DNA of 64,000 nucleotides, taken from Vicugna vicugna. Taxonomy: Eukaryota. Under the pieces are notes generated by a model. That model was not told the origin of the DNA, made no database searches, and saw nothing but the letters and a program-made list of their open reading frames with translations. The stretch spans positions 2,604,001 to 2,668,000 of the forward strand of contig MU058221.1 in the NCBI GenBank assembly GCA_013265495.1, in the 5' to 3' direction. Positions 62,386 through 64,000 of this stretch are shown piece after piece (position 1 is the stretch's first letter; every line of letters starts with the position of its first letter). The position numbers and the translations under genes were made by a program.

Positions 62386-63747
62386 TCTGTACTTCTCCTG
62401 TTTCTAAGGCGCTCCCAGGCACCATCCTCTTGGGACCACAGGATGATCTGTTGGTGTTAGAATTCCAAGCCATGAATCCACTCTCTCTTTTCTTTTCTTT
62501 TTTTTTTTCTCTCTGTTTCCTCTCTCTTAAATGGAGATCCTCACACCTGCCCCTCCTCTGGAAGACAAGAGAAGAATTTGATGAGTTTAGGTCTTTCAAC
62601 CTCTCCTCTTGCCAAACACAACACAACTAGGAGTGGCTTCCGAGAAAGACCTAGACGAGAGCTCACATCGTATCTGCTGTCCTTCACGTCTTATTTCCTC
62701 TTACTAATTAGTCCCCAGATATCTCAGAACAGAAAACAGTTATCTGAGCTCTGACAGGGTCGAGAATTTCCACTTCACATTCCCAGCACGCCTGAGGCTG
62801 GCAGTGAGAGAGGCCCGCAGTAAGGAATTGAAGCCCACACTTTTCTTTGCACCTGTTGACCTGTTTTCATCTTCCTTTGGGACCTGAAGTTGGGGGCAAC
62901 AATGAATTTGTCGCCTAGAAGTATTATTAACCAGACGGGACAAAGGTAGCCTTCCCGTGGAACCTGAGTTTATTTCATCGTGCCTTGGACCTGTGTGTAC
63001 ACCAGCGGCGCTCGTTAGTGTTGACTCAGAGAGGCATCGCCTGCTTTTATGAGATCAGAAGACAATCGTGGAGGCTGAACTAGCCTCCTTCCTCCTAGCC
63101 GTGTAGGGGAGCTTTAGAAGGGAGAGCAAGGTGTACTTTTCACCCCATAATGGGGTTAATGGAAACTGACAGAGTGAGGAAGTTAATTTTTCAGGTTGCC
63201 ATTCATTCCTTTTCTCTATCAGTCGATCAAAAAAAATACTTATTGAGCACCATCTGTGAGCTCTGCTTTGAAAGGGAAACAGAAAAAGCTACGTGGCAGC
63301 TCCATCTACCGTTGACGGTTTTCTTGGGGGAACCAAGTCCGCACCTGTGGTCCAGCAGAACTCTTAACGTGGAGTCAGGAGACTCGCGGACTTGTCACAG
63401 TTTGTTGAGCAGTGTAGTATGTGGTTCAGGAAGAGTGTCCAGAATGTAGGCTCTCCGAGCTGTAACATCGGCTGTCATTAACTAGCAGGGGAACCTTGGA
63501 AAATTCCACACTTCTCATCCATTCTCTCATCTCTGAGAATGAAGTTAATAATAGTGTCCGACTCAGAGTCCTGGAGACCTTCGAGTTAAAACTTGACTCG
63601 CATCACATTTAGGACACGTTAAGTATGAGGTATTTTTAGTTTGATATTTCAGGCAAGCCTTTGAAAGCCTCTGGGAAAGAAAAGGGACTTGCAATGTGTT
63701 GCGTGCTTCCTGTGCCTCCAACACCACGTGGCGCACATCACGTATGC

Positions 63748-63856
63748 TTTTTTTTTAATTGAAGTATGGTCAATTACAATGTGTCAATTTCTGATGTGCA
63801 GCATAACGTCCCAGTCCTGCATATATATTATATACAGATGAGTTTTCATATGTCCT
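63748..63856 (-). mobile_element. Very short L1 3' end within a MIR relic
   Basis: Poly-T plus aattgaagtatggtcaattacaatgtgtc; degenerate TSD tcacgtatgcttt / tcatggatgcttt. Confidence 0.8.
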
Positions 63857-64000
63857 CATGGATGCTTTGTGAAGTTGGTATGGGAGACTCAAAACTGTTA
63901 AAACAGCTTCATCATGTCTCCTGTCCGGGGAAGGACATAGCTGGGGTTCAGACTCTGATCTGTCTGCACCCAAAGTCCGGGCACTTTCTACTCCCCTACA

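Larger units (their letters stand above)
1..64000 (+). other. CTNNA2: Interior of CTNNA2 (end of intron 7, exon 8, 23.5 kb intron 8, exon 9, start of intron 9; human numbering)
   Basis: Two phase-0 exons splice in frame into a continuous alpha-catenin M-region sequence; no other exon was recognised. Confidence 0.93.

Noticed and set aside
63181..63230. tttttcag|GTTGCC resembling the start of CTNNA2 exon 10 (VANLAC...)
   Set aside because: Continues VAIHSF rather than VANLAC and runs into an L2 3' end; the true exon 10 is expected beyond the window.
1..64000. CRISPR arrays, operons or other prokaryote-type systems
   Set aside because: Sequence is mammalian intron; recurring motifs are dispersed SINE/L1 copies, not regularly spaced repeats.

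Overview
Mammalian genomic DNA from inside the alpha-N-catenin gene CTNNA2 (+ strand). It is probably camelid, judged from tRNA-Ala-derived Vic-1-like SINEs and cetartiodactyl-type L1 3' ends. Only two coding exons are present: 13500-13580 (81 nt, TGRKEKGDPLNIAIDKMTKKTRDLRRQ) and 37055-37207 (153 nt, LRKAVMDHISDSFLETNVPLLVLIEAAKSGNEKEVKEYAQVFREHANKLVE), equivalent to human exons 8 and 9 from memory. The rest is intronic: L1 fragments (several with target-site duplications), seven SINEs that are all antisense, four ERV1-type solo LTRs, MaLR LTRs, L2/MIR relics, MER DNA transposons and microsatellites. Almost all ORFs in the supplied track are spurious. I found no well-supported novel biological system. 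The best leads are hypotheses only: an intragenic CpG island with splice donors upstream of the Met-containing exon 8, a candidate poison exon, a candidate recursive splice site, and inverted L1 ends bracketing exon 9. Repeat family names come from recalled consensus sequences, and boundaries without TSDs are approximate.
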